DNA of 64,000 nt from an uncultured Oleispira sp. (GCA_964022115.1 CAXIBC010000005.1:686-64685); one strand, 5' to 3'; counted from the first letter of the stretch, positions 18,472 to 28,533 are shown. The notes: a model not told the origin generated them from the letters alone. Numbers and translations: made by a program.

Positions 18472-19653
18472 ATGCTCATTGATTTTTTTATGACAGTGCG
18501 CAAGGCAAAAGTGCCTTGCTCTGTGGGTGAGTACCTAGACTTGGTAGCCGCCGTTCAGGGACATTTAACCTTTGCTGATTTAGATGAGTTTTATGCCTTA
18601 GCTAAGCTGTGCTTGGTAAAGGATGAACGCCATTACGATAAGTTCGATAAAGCATTTGCTCATTATTTTAAAGGCATCGATAACTTAGACCTTGCGATGG
18701 ATGACCCTAGTATTCCTGATGATTGGATGCGTAAAGAAATGGAACGCATCATGAGTCAAGAAGACATGGAGAAGATTCAAGCCATGGGGGGCTTGGATGA
18801 GCTGGTTAAGGCTTTCAAAGAACGCTTAGAGAAACAAAAGAAGCGCCATCAAGGTGGCAATAAAATGATTGGTACCGGGGGGACTTCACCTTTTGGCGCT
18901 AATGGTTTCAACCCAGAAGGCTTTCGCATAGAGCAAGGTCAGTCGCGACATAAAAAAGCCGTTAAGGTTTGGGAAAAACGCAACTATAAAGATCTTGATG
19001 ACTCCATTCAGTTGGGTATTCGTAATATTAAGGTCGCTTTGCGCCGACTGCGTAAATTTGCTCGTACTGGGGCAGCGGACAAGTTGGATCTTGATGATAC
19101 CATTGCGTCTACAGCTCGAAACGCCGGTTATCTAGACTTGAAATTGGTGCCTGAGCGTCATAATGCCGTTAAAGTTTTATTGTTCTTTGATATTGGTGGT
19201 TCTATGGACCCTCATGTCAAGGTTTGTGAAGAGCTCTTCTCCGCAGCTAGAACTGAATTCAAGCACATGGAAACCTTTTATTTTCATAACTGCTTGTATG
19301 AGTCGGTATGGAAAAATAATATCCGCCGCACCAATGAGCAGACCATGACTTGGGATCTGTTAAATAAGTATGGTAATGACTATAAAGTTATCTTTATTGG
19401 TGATGCCATGATGGCGCCTTATGAAGTCACTCATACCGGTGGCAGCGTCGAACATTGGAATGATGAGGCGGGTGCTGTGTGGTTGCAACGCTTGAAAGAT
19501 AAGTTTGATAAAGTGGTTTGGGTTAATCCAGCCCCAGAAAGTCACTGGGGGAATGGTGGCTCGCTAGGCATTATTAAACAGATTTTTGAAGGTGAAATGT
19601 ACCCATTGACTTTGGAAGGTCTTGAAAAGGCGATGAAACAGCTAAGCAAATAG
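18472..19653 (+). CDS. VWA domain protein (CoxE-like partner of the MoxR ATPase)
   Basis: C-terminal VWA fold with LLFFDIGGSMDPH (DxGGS MIDAS-like motif). Immediately downstream of the MoxR ATPase. Confidence 0.75.
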   Translation: MLIDFFMTVRKAKVPCSVGEYLDLVAAVQGHLTFADLDEFYALAKLCLVKDERHYDKFDKAFAHYFKGIDNLDLAMDDPSIPDDWMRKEMERIMSQEDMEKIQAMGGLDELVKAFKERLEKQKKRHQGGNKMIGTGGTSPFGANGFNPEGFRIEQGQSRHKKAVKVWEKRNYKDLDDSIQLGIRNIKVALRRLRKFARTGAADKLDLDDTIASTARNAGYLDLKLVPERHNAVKVLLFFDIGGSMDPHVKVCEELFSAARTEFKHMETFYFHNCLYESVWKNNIRRTNEQTMTWDLLNKYGNDYKVIFIGDAMMAPYEVTHTGGSVEHWNDEAGAVWLQRLKDKFDKVVWVNPAPESHWGNGGSLGIIKQIFEGEMYPLTLEGLEKAMKQLSK

Positions 19654-19679
19654 CATCAGTGTGAATGTCAATTTATAGT

Positions 19680-19700
19680 AAGCCAAAGGACTGGCTTTTT
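19680..19700 (+). terminator. Weak candidate terminator after the MoxR-VWA pair
   Basis: aagcca/tggctt 6-bp stem followed by ttt. Short stem. Confidence 0.35.
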
Positions 19701-19785
19701 CAGCTGGAGTCTGTACACTTGTACTAATTATTAGGGAGGATAATGATTAAAAAATATAATTAATAATAATAAAAGGCTAGCGCTT

Positions 19786-20520
19786 ATGCCAAGCTGGGGC
19801 AGCGGCAACTTGCGTAGCATAGTGCAAGTTCTGATCACAATACTCTGTTTACTACATACTCAAAGTGGGCTTGCACAAGAGCTCAGAGCACCTTTGGCTT
19901 TGCATTTAGGTCCGGGTATTGGATTTCCTGTCAATATCGAATTTCCTTCGGGCACTTACATTGATATCACTCAAAGACGAAACGATTGGTTGCTGATACA
20001 AGATGAGCGGGGTGAGGGCGGCTGGGCGAAAATTGCGGATGTTGGTCACGCCGGTGGGCTTAAGGAACGTCTCGCTTGGCGTTTAAGAGAATTAAAATAC
20101 GAGAGTTCAGGTAATCTAGTCGGCCGCTGGTTTAATCATGAGCTGGGTAATGGCTTAGCGCTTGGTTGGAAGGTCGCTCATCAATATGGCTATTGGCAAG
20201 GTGAGGTTGAACGGTCTTCCGATGCTGACGCTTATTGGCAGGGGATATCCGCTTGGTACATTTCACAGCATGGCATAACGGCTCGAACTTATTATAGTAC
20301 GGGTATTGGTTTAGGTTATGCCCAAGAAAATGCGGCTAGCGAAGTATTAAAGGATATGGGTAAAGCGAATGATACTTTGTTTGCTGGTTTTGAAGTGGCC
20401 TTGGGTATACGTCCTGTCAAACAGCTAGAAACGGGGCTTTCGCTGCGCTATCTATTGGCTGCATCTTCTGCAGATGCGGATTCTACGGTTATCTCCTTGT
20501 ATTGGTCATTTGAAATATGA
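19786..20520 (+). CDS. Exported protein: N-terminal bacterial SH3-like domain plus an aromatic-rich beta-strand C-terminal region
   Basis: Signal peptide ...ILCLLHTQSGLAQE. The SH3b-like stretch is LHLGPGIGFPVNIEFPSGTYIDITQRRNDWLLIQDERGEGGWAKIADV. The C-terminal half has an alternating G/Y/W pattern. Confidence 0.6.
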   Translation: MPSWGSGNLRSIVQVLITILCLLHTQSGLAQELRAPLALHLGPGIGFPVNIEFPSGTYIDITQRRNDWLLIQDERGEGGWAKIADVGHAGGLKERLAWRLRELKYESSGNLVGRWFNHELGNGLALGWKVAHQYGYWQGEVERSSDADAYWQGISAWYISQHGITARTYYSTGIGLGYAQENAASEVLKDMGKANDTLFAGFEVALGIRPVKQLETGLSLRYLLAASSADADSTVISLYWSFEI

Positions 20521-21104
20521 AAATTAAATCTGGTTTATTATTCATCGCATTGCTGTTATCCGCTGCTGCTCAGGCAGAAGTCGATGAGTTAATTTATCAG
20601 CCCAAAATATTAGCGCCAGAGTTGAAAAGTGAGCTGGACGTAGAAGAGTATGAATGGCTAGTCGGTCTGAAAATGGGGCAGCTATTGGCCGAAAATACCC
20701 ATGCGAGTGCTAAATATGGTGTGTCGGCGAGCTACCTTGTTTGGGATCAGTGGTACGCGAACGCTCAGGTAGAGCTCAATAATTGGCAGTTAACGCCAAG
20801 TAGCACAGAATCTGCCATAGCGTGGTCGGTGGGTGCGGGTTATAGTATGTTGCAAGGTGCGGCCTATATTACTAATGGCTTAACCTTACCTTGGCAAATG
20901 TATGCTCAACTGAATGTAGGTGAGCAAGTGTTAAAACAGAAGAGTAGTACATTTGCGAGTAGCGCTTTGGGTTGGCAGCTTTCTAATGATAATAATTATG
21001 CCGCTCTCGAATGGCGATACTTTCAATTAAATGATGATCGTTTAAGGCAATTGGATTCGAATAAGGGATATGAATGGTCAATCATCTTTGGCAGATACTT
21101 TTAA
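20517..21104 (+). CDS. Small outer-membrane beta-barrel-like protein
   Basis: Signal peptide MKIKSGLLFIALLLSAAAQA. Alternating aromatic/small residues. C-terminal ...WSIIFGRYF, with the terminal Phe typical of OMPs. ATGA overlap with the previous gene. Confidence 0.6.
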   Translation: MKIKSGLLFIALLLSAAAQAEVDELIYQPKILAPELKSELDVEEYEWLVGLKMGQLLAENTHASAKYGVSASYLVWDQWYANAQVELNNWQLTPSSTESAIAWSVGAGYSMLQGAAYITNGLTLPWQMYAQLNVGEQVLKQKSSTFASSALGWQLSNDNNYAALEWRYFQLNDDRLRQLDSNKGYEWSIIFGRYF

Positions 21105-21556
21105 TTCTGTTTAGTTCGGCAACGGCTGTGCAAGCGTTAGAGCCGGGTGATCATGTCCCTGACTTTGTCATGGCGAGTGCTAATGGCGCTCCTCAGCGAT
21201 TATCCGAGCAAATTGGCAGGCCGGTAATGCTGGTTTGGCTTAATGATTGTAATGCCTGCGCGGAAGAGTTGATTGACTGGCAGTACCTTGCCGAAAGTTG
21301 GGCGGTAGAAGGGTTAATTACTTGGTTTATGTGGCGTAAGCAAGAAGGGTATCAAGTCCCTTGGTCGCGGCTGCCGATTTTAGAATACCATGGCTCCAAT
21401 CCCCAAGCTTGGTGGTTTGAACCCAGCCCTGCGGTGATGCTTATTAGCCCTAATGGGGTATTGGATTATTTGTTCATCGATAACCTTGATGCGCGTAAAG
21501 CTGAAGTCGCTAGTGAGCTAAAGCTGTGGTTGCAAAATAAAGAATGGTTCCAGTAA
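21074..21556 (+). CDS. Periplasmic thioredoxin-fold (TlpA/redoxin-like) protein
   Basis: Signal peptide ...LFSSATAVQA. VMLVWLNDCNACAEEL contains a CxxC in the usual thioredoxin-fold context. Confidence 0.6.
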   Translation: MVNHLWQILLILFSSATAVQALEPGDHVPDFVMASANGAPQRLSEQIGRPVMLVWLNDCNACAEELIDWQYLAESWAVEGLITWFMWRKQEGYQVPWSRLPILEYHGSNPQAWWFEPSPAVMLISPNGVLDYLFIDNLDARKAEVASELKLWLQNKEWFQ

Positions 21557-21569
21557 AAGGTTACATATA

Positions 21570-22094
21570 ATGCGTTTTATAACTTTATTTCTCTTTTCTA
21601 TCGTATCAGTTAACGTACTAGCTGAACCAATAAACAAGGCTGATACGTCAAGCAGTCAGATAAGCCAAAAAGCGGTTTCGGTTAAGCAATCGGTATTGGA
21701 ATTAAATCGAGACTTGTATCAGCTAGAAGAAGATTTATTAAGTCCTGCAACGACCCGCGCGGCGGTTTATTTCTCCTTGTCTTATGGTGAGTTTTTTGAA
21801 CCTTATTCGGTCAATATTCGTATTGATGATAAGCAGCCTATTCAATATTTATATACTAAGCGTCAAGTGAGTGCATTGCGTCAAGGTGCTGTGCAACCTT
21901 TGAAGAACCTTAATCTAGGTCCAGGTATTCATACCATTAAAGCGATTGCCAAGGGTGTTGATAGCAATGGTAAAAACCGTGAGTTGGTACTTGAGCAGAG
22001 CGTTGAGAAACACGATAAGCCCTTATATATTGAATTAAAAATTCAAGACAATAGAGAAATTCAAAGTGCAGAACTGATCATCAGTCAGTGGTAG
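21570..22094 (+). CDS. Exported protein of unknown function
   Basis: Signal peptide MRFITLFLFSIVSVNVLA. A short coiled-coil-like segment is followed by a beta-rich domain. No motif recognised. Confidence 0.6.
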   Translation: MRFITLFLFSIVSVNVLAEPINKADTSSSQISQKAVSVKQSVLELNRDLYQLEEDLLSPATTRAAVYFSLSYGEFFEPYSVNIRIDDKQPIQYLYTKRQVSALRQGAVQPLKNLNLGPGIHTIKAIAKGVDSNGKNRELVLEQSVEKHDKPLYIELKIQDNREIQSAELIISQW

Positions 22095-22098
22095 CTGT

Positions 22099-23967
22099 AT
22101 GAAACTCTTATTGTGCGTATTGATCATGCTCCATTCAGTTAACTCATTTGCTCAAAGTGATGAGTCTGAGATATTACGCCTCAAAAAAGGCGAATATTAT
22201 TACCATTACCTAACCGGGGATTTCCCCCGAGCGATGAACCAGTTGGCACAGTGGCGTTCTAACGGCGGAGCAATCGCCGATGAAGCCGATGTAATGGAAG
22301 CCGCCATGCTGCTTTCACTGGGACTCCATCAACAGGCACAAGCTATTTTTGAAAGAATTCAACAAACCGGTAGTAGCGCTTCCGCTCAGTCATGGTTTTA
22401 TTTGGCTAGGCGCTGGTTTGAACTGGGTGATTTCCAGGCCGCTTTATACAGTATCAAGCAAATCGATAGCGCTGGTTTGAATGCAGAGGTTATTGCTGAA
22501 GCACAATTTATGAAGGCCACGTCTTATATTGAGCTGGGCTTGCATAAGCAAGCCGGCAGACAAATTGCGGCCATGAGTCGAGATGGTATTTGGACAGGTT
22601 ATGCGCGTCATAATTATATTTTGGCTATGTTTGATGGTAATAATAGTGGTCAAAGCCTATCGCTACTGATTGAAAATGCGACTTTCTATTTACCGGTTAC
22701 CGAAGAAGGCCGTAACCTTAGGGACCGAATTCATTTAATTTCTGCTTTGCATTATCTGCAAGGTGGTAAAAATCGCTCTGCAGAGAAACATCTAAAAAGT
22801 ATCAGCCTTGAAAGCCCGTATACCCCAGTCGCGTTATTGCAATACGGCTGGGCTATGGTAGAGCAAGGAAAATATGATCAAGCTTTACAGCCTTGGCGTG
22901 AGTTGCAAACGCGTTTTAATCCGTTTGATCCTGAGGTTATGGAGTCTATGTTAGGGGTTCCACATGTATTGGAGCTGATTCGTGCTTATACACAATCCCT
23001 TAAAACCTATGAGGTGGCAGAGGCCCGATTGTCGACCATGAAAGCGACGGTTAATACGATTAATCAAGGTATTGCTGACAACCCATGGTTGGAAGATTGG
23101 ATTGTGCAGCAGAAAGATCAAAATTGGGGTTGGCAAGCGAACATTGAAAAAACAATGCCATTAAATGAAACCTCAAAAGTGTTTAAGCACTTGTTAGTCG
23201 ATGATGGCTTTGTGAATAAAGTTACTGAATATAGAGATTTGGTATTACTGACCGATTACCTAAGCGAAAAAGAAAATAACTTACGCCTCTGGGTAACCTT
23301 GGTTGATAAGCGAGAGCGAGAGTCTAAAGCCGGTATGGCGGTTCCAGTACTGAATAAAACTCGCCATCAATTAGCGCTTGCAAAGCTAGATTTGAAAAAC
23401 CTACAGGCCTATCTAGAGCAGTCTGATAGAGACTTGTATGCATTGCCTTCAGTGCAGGAAGAAAACAAAATTGCTTTATTAGCACGCACCGCCAAAACCA
23501 TTGAAAAGCTAGTTCAGGTTAATAAAGCCAGTCGGAATATTGATCAATATCAGCATCGTTGGGCTAGGGTGAAAGGTGTTTTCTTATGGCAGATGAATGA
23601 AGATAAACCCGTTAAACAATGGCAGTTGAAGAAAGAACTGACGGCGGTGGAAACCTTGATAAAACAAGCGGATATACAATTTTTAGAAACTCGTTTAGCA
23701 CATCAGTGGTCGCCAAGTTCTTGGCTCGGCATGAAAGAAAGGGTTTTGCACTTACTGCAAAAAACGTCTGCGATTAAGCAAGTCGCACTGCAGGTAAAAC
23801 AGCAAAGTAAAGCCGCTTTGGTTGCTCAGACTAGAAGCTACCTAGATGATCTAAGCTATCGAATTAATGACTATATGTCTCAAGCTAGATTATCCATTGC
23901 GCGCTTGTATGATGATGCCTTGCAGCGCTATGTAATCTCTGGTGCTATTACAGAGAAGGCGCAATAA
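22099..23967 (+). CDS. Exported TPR / coiled-coil protein
   Basis: Signal peptide ...LIMLHSVNSFA. The N-terminal half has TPR-like A/L/Y periodicity. The C-terminal half is a long helical, coiled-coil-like region. Confidence 0.65.
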   Translation: MKLLLCVLIMLHSVNSFAQSDESEILRLKKGEYYYHYLTGDFPRAMNQLAQWRSNGGAIADEADVMEAAMLLSLGLHQQAQAIFERIQQTGSSASAQSWFYLARRWFELGDFQAALYSIKQIDSAGLNAEVIAEAQFMKATSYIELGLHKQAGRQIAAMSRDGIWTGYARHNYILAMFDGNNSGQSLSLLIENATFYLPVTEEGRNLRDRIHLISALHYLQGGKNRSAEKHLKSISLESPYTPVALLQYGWAMVEQGKYDQALQPWRELQTRFNPFDPEVMESMLGVPHVLELIRAYTQSLKTYEVAEARLSTMKATVNTINQGIADNPWLEDWIVQQKDQNWGWQANIEKTMPLNETSKVFKHLLVDDGFVNKVTEYRDLVLLTDYLSEKENNLRLWVTLVDKRERESKAGMAVPVLNKTRHQLALAKLDLKNLQAYLEQSDRDLYALPSVQEENKIALLARTAKTIEKLVQVNKASRNIDQYQHRWARVKGVFLWQMNEDKPVKQWQLKKELTAVETLIKQADIQFLETRLAHQWSPSSWLGMKERVLHLLQKTSAIKQVALQVKQQSKAALVAQTRSYLDDLSYRINDYMSQARLSIARLYDDALQRYVISGAITEKAQ

Positions 23968-23968
23968 T

Positions 23969-26794
23969 ATGAAGCGATACGTATTTTTATTCGGCTTTGC
24001 CTTACTTCTGTCTGGCTGTAGCTTATTTGAATCCTTCTCTGAACCTACGCAGTTGAGTGAACAAACGCTGGAGAATATGCAGCCATTAAAGGTTCGATTA
24101 ATGGCAAACGAAGATATAGAAATTACGCATGATGAGGTGATGGAAAAATATCGAGGGTATTTAGAAATCTCAAACAATGCGGAGTTACGTGTAAGAACGC
24201 ACCACCGCATTGCCAATTTGCGACTGCAAAAAGATGAGTATATTTGGGAAGGCAGTGATCAATCCGATGAAGCCAAGTTAAGCATTGCTGAAGCCGATTT
24301 GGGCCGGGCGTCGATTGCTGATTATGAGTCTTTATTAGCCCAGTATCCAGATCGCAATGATAATGACCTAGCCTTGTACCAATTAGCAAAAGCCTATTCA
24401 TTAGCCGGTGAGCCATTTGAGGTGATCCGTGTTCTAGAGCAATTGGCTGAGTTATATCCTAGATCTGATTATTATTTAGAGTCGTTATTTAGATTGGGTG
24501 AAATTTATTATGCTAATGGTATTTATGACTTGGCAGAAAATGCTTACCGTCGCCTTATTGATCGTGGGGAGCAAGGGAATAAATATCACTTGAATGCCAT
24601 GTACTTAATTGGCTGGGCGCAATTTAAACAAAATAACTACGACGCTTCTTTATTGTCTTTTACTCGAGTATTGGACGCTGAGTATCCAACTGAAGACGCT
24701 ATGTTGAGCGCTTCGAGCAGTCAGCAGGATATGCTGAAAGACATCTTGAGGATTATGGCGATTACTTTCGATTATCAAGGTGACTGGAAAAATATTAGCC
24801 AGTTTTATCAAGGGATAGGTAGGCGTCATTATGAGCATCGCATTTATGATACGTTAGCGAGTCAGTATTACGAGAAAAAGTATTTTAAAAGTGCGGCTTC
24901 GACCTTGCGCGAATTTATTAAGCGTTATCCTCAAGATGTGCTTGCGCCGGTTTTTTATCAGCGAGTGATTGTTGGATATACCCAGGCTGGGTATCCAACG
25001 TTATTACGTAAGCATAAAAAGATTTTTGTCAGCATGTTTGGTATCGATAGCCAATATTGGCAAAATCATGATGATGTAGTTAAAAGTACCATTACCCCTG
25101 CGTTAGCCACTTATATTTGGGATCTAGCAAGATTTAATCACGCTTGGGGCCAGAGAATTAAAAACAAAAAAGAAAAGCGCGCAAGGTTACAAGAAGCAAT
25201 CGATTGGTACAGTGAATATATTCGTAGTTTCCCTACCGCTAAAGATACCGCTAAGGCGCACTTCTTATTGGCGGAAGTTGCTTATCAAACTAAGCAGTAC
25301 CCTTTAGCGAAAGATCATTATGAAATTGTGGCGTATCAATATCCGAATTACGCTAAAGCGAGTGAATCAGGGTATGCGGCAATTTTAACATACAGTAAGC
25401 ATCGCCCTAACAAGGCCGATAAAGCTATTTGGCGGCAGTTAACCGTCACCAGTGCCATGCGCTTTGTGCAAGAGTTTCCAGAAGATGATCGTCGAGGGCA
25501 GGTCTTAGTTAATACGGCTGAAATGTTGTTGGTCGATAAATATTATGCCCAAGCATTAGTCATCGCCAATCTTGCTTGGCAAGGTGAAGGCAAGCTGTCG
25601 AGCCGTCATCGCTATGGTGCTTCTTTGGTGCGTAGTCATGCTAGTTTTCAGCTAGAGCAATTTGTTGAAGCCGAGCAAGCAATTTTACAAGCACTGAGTT
25701 ATAAAAAAATTAAATATTCAGTACGTAAGGATTTGAGAGAAAAATTAGCGGCATCTGTTTATAAGCAAGGAGAGATGGCGAAGCTTGCTGGGGATAATGA
25801 AGGGGCGGTTAGAAACTGGCTGCGAATTGCGAAATTAGTGCCAGAAAGTGACATTAAAGTGAGTGCGCAATTTGATGCCGCAACCTTACTAATGGCGGCT
25901 GGCCAGTATGAGCAGGCGGTGCCCGTTTTATTGCAGTTTAGACAAGACTATCCAAATCATAGATTAGTGAAAGATATTCCGTCAAAACTGATAGTGGCTT
26001 ATGAGAGTCAAGAAAATTGGCGGGCTGCGGCGTTTGAGCTGCAAAAAATTTGGCAGCAAAAAGGCAATAAAGATCAGCAGCGAATAGCGTTATTTCAAGC
26101 CGCTGAGTATTTTGAAAAGGCAGAAGATTTGGATAATGCTTTGGTTATGTATAAGCGTTATGCCCATGACTATAAAAGACCGTTTAACCCTGCAGTAGAA
26201 GCACACTTTAAACTGGATCAAATTTATCTTCAGCAAGGAGAAACGACGAAGCGTTTGTTCTGGATGAATAAATTAGTCTGGCTTCACCTTGGGGCGAAGA
26301 AAGATAAAACCGACCGTTCTAAATATTTAGCGGCAAAGGCGTCTTATGAGTTGGCAGAAAACGAGCGACTTAAATACGATAAGATTAAGATTACGTTACC
26401 GTTAGCAAAGAGCATTGATAAAAAAAATAAACGCATGCAGGCGGCGTTAGAGCGATATACACAGGCGGTCAAAATTGGGGTATTGGAATATACCACGTCA
26501 GCAACCTATCGAATTGCTGAGCTTTATGCTGAGTTTAGTAAAGGTCTGATGGCTTCAGAACGGCCTGCAGGATTGGATGAGCTAGAGCTAGAAGAGTATG
26601 AATATCTATTAGAAGATCAAGCATTCCCATTGGAAGAAGCGGCCATTGAAATTCATCAAACGAATGCGGGCCGTACTTATGATGGATTGTATGATCAATG
26701 GGTCAAAAAGAGCTATGGTTCTTTGGCTGAGCTAATGCCAGGGCAGTATGCAAAATATGAGAAGCAGGTGAGTTATGTCGACGCCATTCGTTAA
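23969..26794 (+). CDS. Large TPR-repeat lipoprotein (about 940 aa)
   Basis: Start at M10 of the track ORF, giving MKRYVFLFGFALLLSGC with lipobox LLSGC. There are many BamD/YfiO-like TPR units (e.g. ALYQLAKAYSLAG, SLFRLGEIYYANG). Confidence 0.75.
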   Translation: MKRYVFLFGFALLLSGCSLFESFSEPTQLSEQTLENMQPLKVRLMANEDIEITHDEVMEKYRGYLEISNNAELRVRTHHRIANLRLQKDEYIWEGSDQSDEAKLSIAEADLGRASIADYESLLAQYPDRNDNDLALYQLAKAYSLAGEPFEVIRVLEQLAELYPRSDYYLESLFRLGEIYYANGIYDLAENAYRRLIDRGEQGNKYHLNAMYLIGWAQFKQNNYDASLLSFTRVLDAEYPTEDAMLSASSSQQDMLKDILRIMAITFDYQGDWKNISQFYQGIGRRHYEHRIYDTLASQYYEKKYFKSAASTLREFIKRYPQDVLAPVFYQRVIVGYTQAGYPTLLRKHKKIFVSMFGIDSQYWQNHDDVVKSTITPALATYIWDLARFNHAWGQRIKNKKEKRARLQEAIDWYSEYIRSFPTAKDTAKAHFLLAEVAYQTKQYPLAKDHYEIVAYQYPNYAKASESGYAAILTYSKHRPNKADKAIWRQLTVTSAMRFVQEFPEDDRRGQVLVNTAEMLLVDKYYAQALVIANLAWQGEGKLSSRHRYGASLVRSHASFQLEQFVEAEQAILQALSYKKIKYSVRKDLREKLAASVYKQGEMAKLAGDNEGAVRNWLRIAKLVPESDIKVSAQFDAATLLMAAGQYEQAVPVLLQFRQDYPNHRLVKDIPSKLIVAYESQENWRAAAFELQKIWQQKGNKDQQRIALFQAAEYFEKAEDLDNALVMYKRYAHDYKRPFNPAVEAHFKLDQIYLQQGETTKRLFWMNKLVWLHLGAKKDKTDRSKYLAAKASYELAENERLKYDKIKITLPLAKSIDKKNKRMQAALERYTQAVKIGVLEYTTSATYRIAELYAEFSKGLMASERPAGLDELELEEYEYLLEDQAFPLEEAAIEIHQTNAGRTYDGLYDQWVKKSYGSLAELMPGQYAKYEKQVSYVDAIR

Positions 26795-27467
26795 TTTAGT
26801 GCGCCTTGTTGTATCGCTGGCTTTCGTGCAGTTAACAGCGTGTAGTTTGTTGCAGCCAAAGCCTGAAGTGGTGGATACACAAGCAGCGGTATTAGGGCCT
26901 CTCGACCCCGAATTGCAGCAGGGTTTCAGTGAGGCCTTGGTCTTATTAAGGGATCAGGAATATGTCGAGGCAGAATCTGCGCTGCTGGCATTAACGGCAA
27001 AATTTCCCAATTTTGCAGGGCCTTGGTCAAATCTGGCGATTGCCCAGAGTCAACAAGAGAAATACGATGAAGCTTTGATAAGTATTGATAGAGCATTAAT
27101 ACAAGATGAAAAATTTTGCCAAGCTGTTGCTTTTAAAGGGGTTGTATTGAGAGAGCTGGGTGAATTTCAACAAGCGAAAAAACAGTATCAGGCTGCCCTT
27201 GAATGTAATCCTAACGATACCTTGAGTTTGTACAATTTAGGGGTGTTATCTGACCTGTATCTTCATGATGAAGTAGCTGCGTTAAGTTATTACCAACAAT
27301 ATTTGGCGACTCAAGGGGAGCAGCAAGATTCAGCTGTGCAATCTTGGGTAGTGGACTTGAAGCGCAGAGTGCCGGCTCCGTCTGCAGACACCCCTGAGGG
27401 AGCCATAATCCCAGAAACGATTGGGAGCCATAAATCTGAGCCTCAATTGGCGGGTGAGGAATTATGA
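26775..27467 (+). CDS. TPR-repeat lipoprotein
   Basis: Lipobox VQLTAC. TPR units include NLAIAQSQQEKYDEAL, KGVVLRELGEFQQA and YNLGVLSDLY. 20-nt overlap with the previous gene. Confidence 0.7.
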   Translation: MSTPFVNLVRLVVSLAFVQLTACSLLQPKPEVVDTQAAVLGPLDPELQQGFSEALVLLRDQEYVEAESALLALTAKFPNFAGPWSNLAIAQSQQEKYDEALISIDRALIQDEKFCQAVAFKGVVLRELGEFQQAKKQYQAALECNPNDTLSLYNLGVLSDLYLHDEVAALSYYQQYLATQGEQQDSAVQSWVVDLKRRVPAPSADTPEGAIIPETIGSHKSEPQLAGEEL

Positions 27468-27754
27468 AGTACTGTTTATTGCTGTTATTAATCCCTGCGA
27501 TCTTGAGTCATGGAGCAGAGGTCATTCGCTTGGATGGCATGTCGATTCAAGGAAACAGTGAAGAGCCTAGTGTGTTATATATTACTCCTTGGCAGCCTGC
27601 TCCTGGTACAGGGCGATTATTTACACCGGTTAATAGCTATAGAGAGCAATGGCTCAAGCCCGTTAGTCGTCAGATGATGAAGCGAGAAGCTTATTATTTG
27701 AACAATGTGCAAAAGAAACGCAGCGGGTCTGATACGGACCAAAGAAATAAATAA
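27464..27754 (+). CDS. Small exported protein of unknown function
   Basis: Signal peptide MKYCLLLLLIPAILSHGA. ATGA overlap with the upstream TPR gene. Confidence 0.5.
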   Translation: MKYCLLLLLIPAILSHGAEVIRLDGMSIQGNSEEPSVLYITPWQPAPGTGRLFTPVNSYREQWLKPVSRQMMKREAYYLNNVQKKRSGSDTDQRNK

Positions 27755-27891
27755 CTTACACATTATAGAAATAGCACTAATGTATCAGTATACTGATTTG
27801 CACAAAAAATTTCGTCTGCTTGTTTATTGAACGGGCAGATCCTGAAATAGATTACCTATAACAACTAGAAATAAAAATTAGGGGAGTACAG

Positions 27892-28533
27892 ATGGATACT
27901 ATCGTTCGCTTTTTTCAAGAGGGTGGCACTTTTATGTACCCAATCGGTGTGGTTTTAGCGATTGGATTAGCGGTGACACTGGAACGCTTTATTTTCTTAA
28001 CTCGTGAGAAAGCATCTAATCGTCGGTCATTTGAAGACGTATTGCCTATGCTGCAAAAACGTGATTTTCGCGCTGCACTTAATTATACCAATTCATCGGA
28101 AGCTAAAATCTCGACGATTTTTTCTGCCGGTATTAACCGTATACCTACCGGGCGCCGAGATGATATTGAGCTGGCCATGGAAGAGGGTGTGATGGAGGCT
28201 ATTCCTCAGTTAGAAAAACGTACTCAATACATTGCAACGCTTGCCAACATAGCAACATTAATGGGGCTATTGGGCACCATTATGGGTCTGATCTCTGCGT
28301 TTACCGCGGTGGCTAATGCAGCCCCTGCCGATAAAGCGACCTTGCTTTCGCAGTCTATTTCTGTGGCGATGAATACAACGGCGTTTGGTTTGATGGCCGC
28401 TATCCCACTCTTGTTATGCCATACCTTCTTACAAACTAAAACAAACGAAATTATCGATAGTATCGAGATGGCGGGTGTTAAGTTTTTGAATATCGTGACT
28501 GAGCGCAAGCCGAATACCAATAAAGAAGGTTAG
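27892..28533 (+). CDS. exbB: MotA/TolQ/ExbB-family proton channel protein
   Basis: 213 aa, three TM segments. The conserved C-terminal TM pair is LATLMGLLGTIMGLISAF ... TAFGLMAAIPLLLCH. Confidence 0.9.
   Translation: MDTIVRFFQEGGTFMYPIGVVLAIGLAVTLERFIFLTREKASNRRSFEDVLPMLQKRDFRAALNYTNSSEAKISTIFSAGINRIPTGRRDDIELAMEEGVMEAIPQLEKRTQYIATLANIATLMGLLGTIMGLISAFTAVANAAPADKATLLSQSISVAMNTTAFGLMAAIPLLLCHTFLQTKTNEIIDSIEMAGVKFLNIVTERKPNTNKEG

Noticed and set aside
27755-27891. A Fur box or iron-regulated promoter upstream of exbB
   Set aside because: There is no convincing match to the GATAATGATAATCATTATC-type 19-mer. The only feature is a 5-bp hairpin (tctgc/gcaga), which is too weak to call.
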